Source: Octopus sinensis
Lineage: Eukaryota
Assembly (NCBI RefSeq): GCF_006345805.1
Contig: NC_042997.1
Location: 56,358,001-56,422,000 of the forward strand
DNA length: 64,000 nt
Direction of reading: 5' to 3'
Positions 63,363 to 64,000 of this stretch are shown here, piece by piece. The position numbers were made by a program, and so were the translations under genes. The notes beneath the pieces were generated by a model that saw nothing but the letters and a program-made list of their open reading frames with translations, searched no databases and was not told the DNA's origin. The stretch's first letter is position 1, and every line of letters starts with the position of its first letter.

Positions 63363-64000
63363 CTGAAGGTAAATAGAAAATATAAGTTTACATTAAATGA
63401 TTCAGATATTTAGTATTAATAAAACGATTTAAGCCATACAAATGAATACAAATATTATAAGGAAAATAAAGAATCCAACCAGAAATTACAAAAAAAAAAA
63501 AATTTTTTTAATCATGGTCAAGGTGTTTACTTTGCAACAGTGTAGTTTTTGGTTCAATCCCATTGCATAGAACCTTCTCCCATGGCCTCACAATCAACCT
63601 CAAGAGAGTACTATGATACTAAAAACTGAACCAAATGTTGCTAACAGATTTAAAGTTATTAACACTCTAGCAATACTTATATTCATATTGCTTTAATATT
63701 ATTAACTGAACACTAAGACAAGAAAGATACTGACAGACTGTACTTACCAAGTGTTTTAGGATGATGAGACCTAATTCATCTCAAATTTACCTTAAAGACT
63801 ACAATCACAGTGCTGGACACGCCTGACAAAAACAGAAGATAGAAAACCCACTCCCTCCAAATGCTAAAACATGAGATTTACTCTATCAAGAAAAAGTAGT
63901 ACAGTCCAATAAAGAGTTTAATATTCCTGAAGCTCCACTAAAAGAGAACGAAGTAACATGAATGAAGCAGAAAGCCAAACACAAAGGTCAGTTTCAACTG

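Overview
AT-rich, repeat-dense animal genomic DNA. The repeat families look like those of an octopus (coleoid cephalopod); this is an inference from recognising the repeats. Two spliced host genes converge tail-to-tail. (1) On +, an RNFT1/RNFT2-family ER-membrane RING E3 ligase: 7 coding exons reconstructed at 17040-36486, with the 5' exons not found. (2) On -, the 3' end of an LRRK2-like kinase (kinase C-lobe with DYGI and APE, WD40 region, C-terminal helix): 12 exons at 46558-63362, 514 codons plus stop, all phases consistent. Introns and intergenic DNA hold a nearly full-length Rep/Helicase Helitron joined head-to-tail to a non-autonomous Helitron, a second non-autonomous copy, CR1 and RTE LINE fragments, tRNA-derived SINEs, and piggyBac, mariner, maT-like and hAT relics. 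The most unusual observations are two minimal type-I hammerhead ribozyme motifs in Penelope-like repeat fragments. One carries a compensatory U3-A8 core pair; the other has decayed at CpG sites. No prokaryotic-type system or CRISPR array is present.
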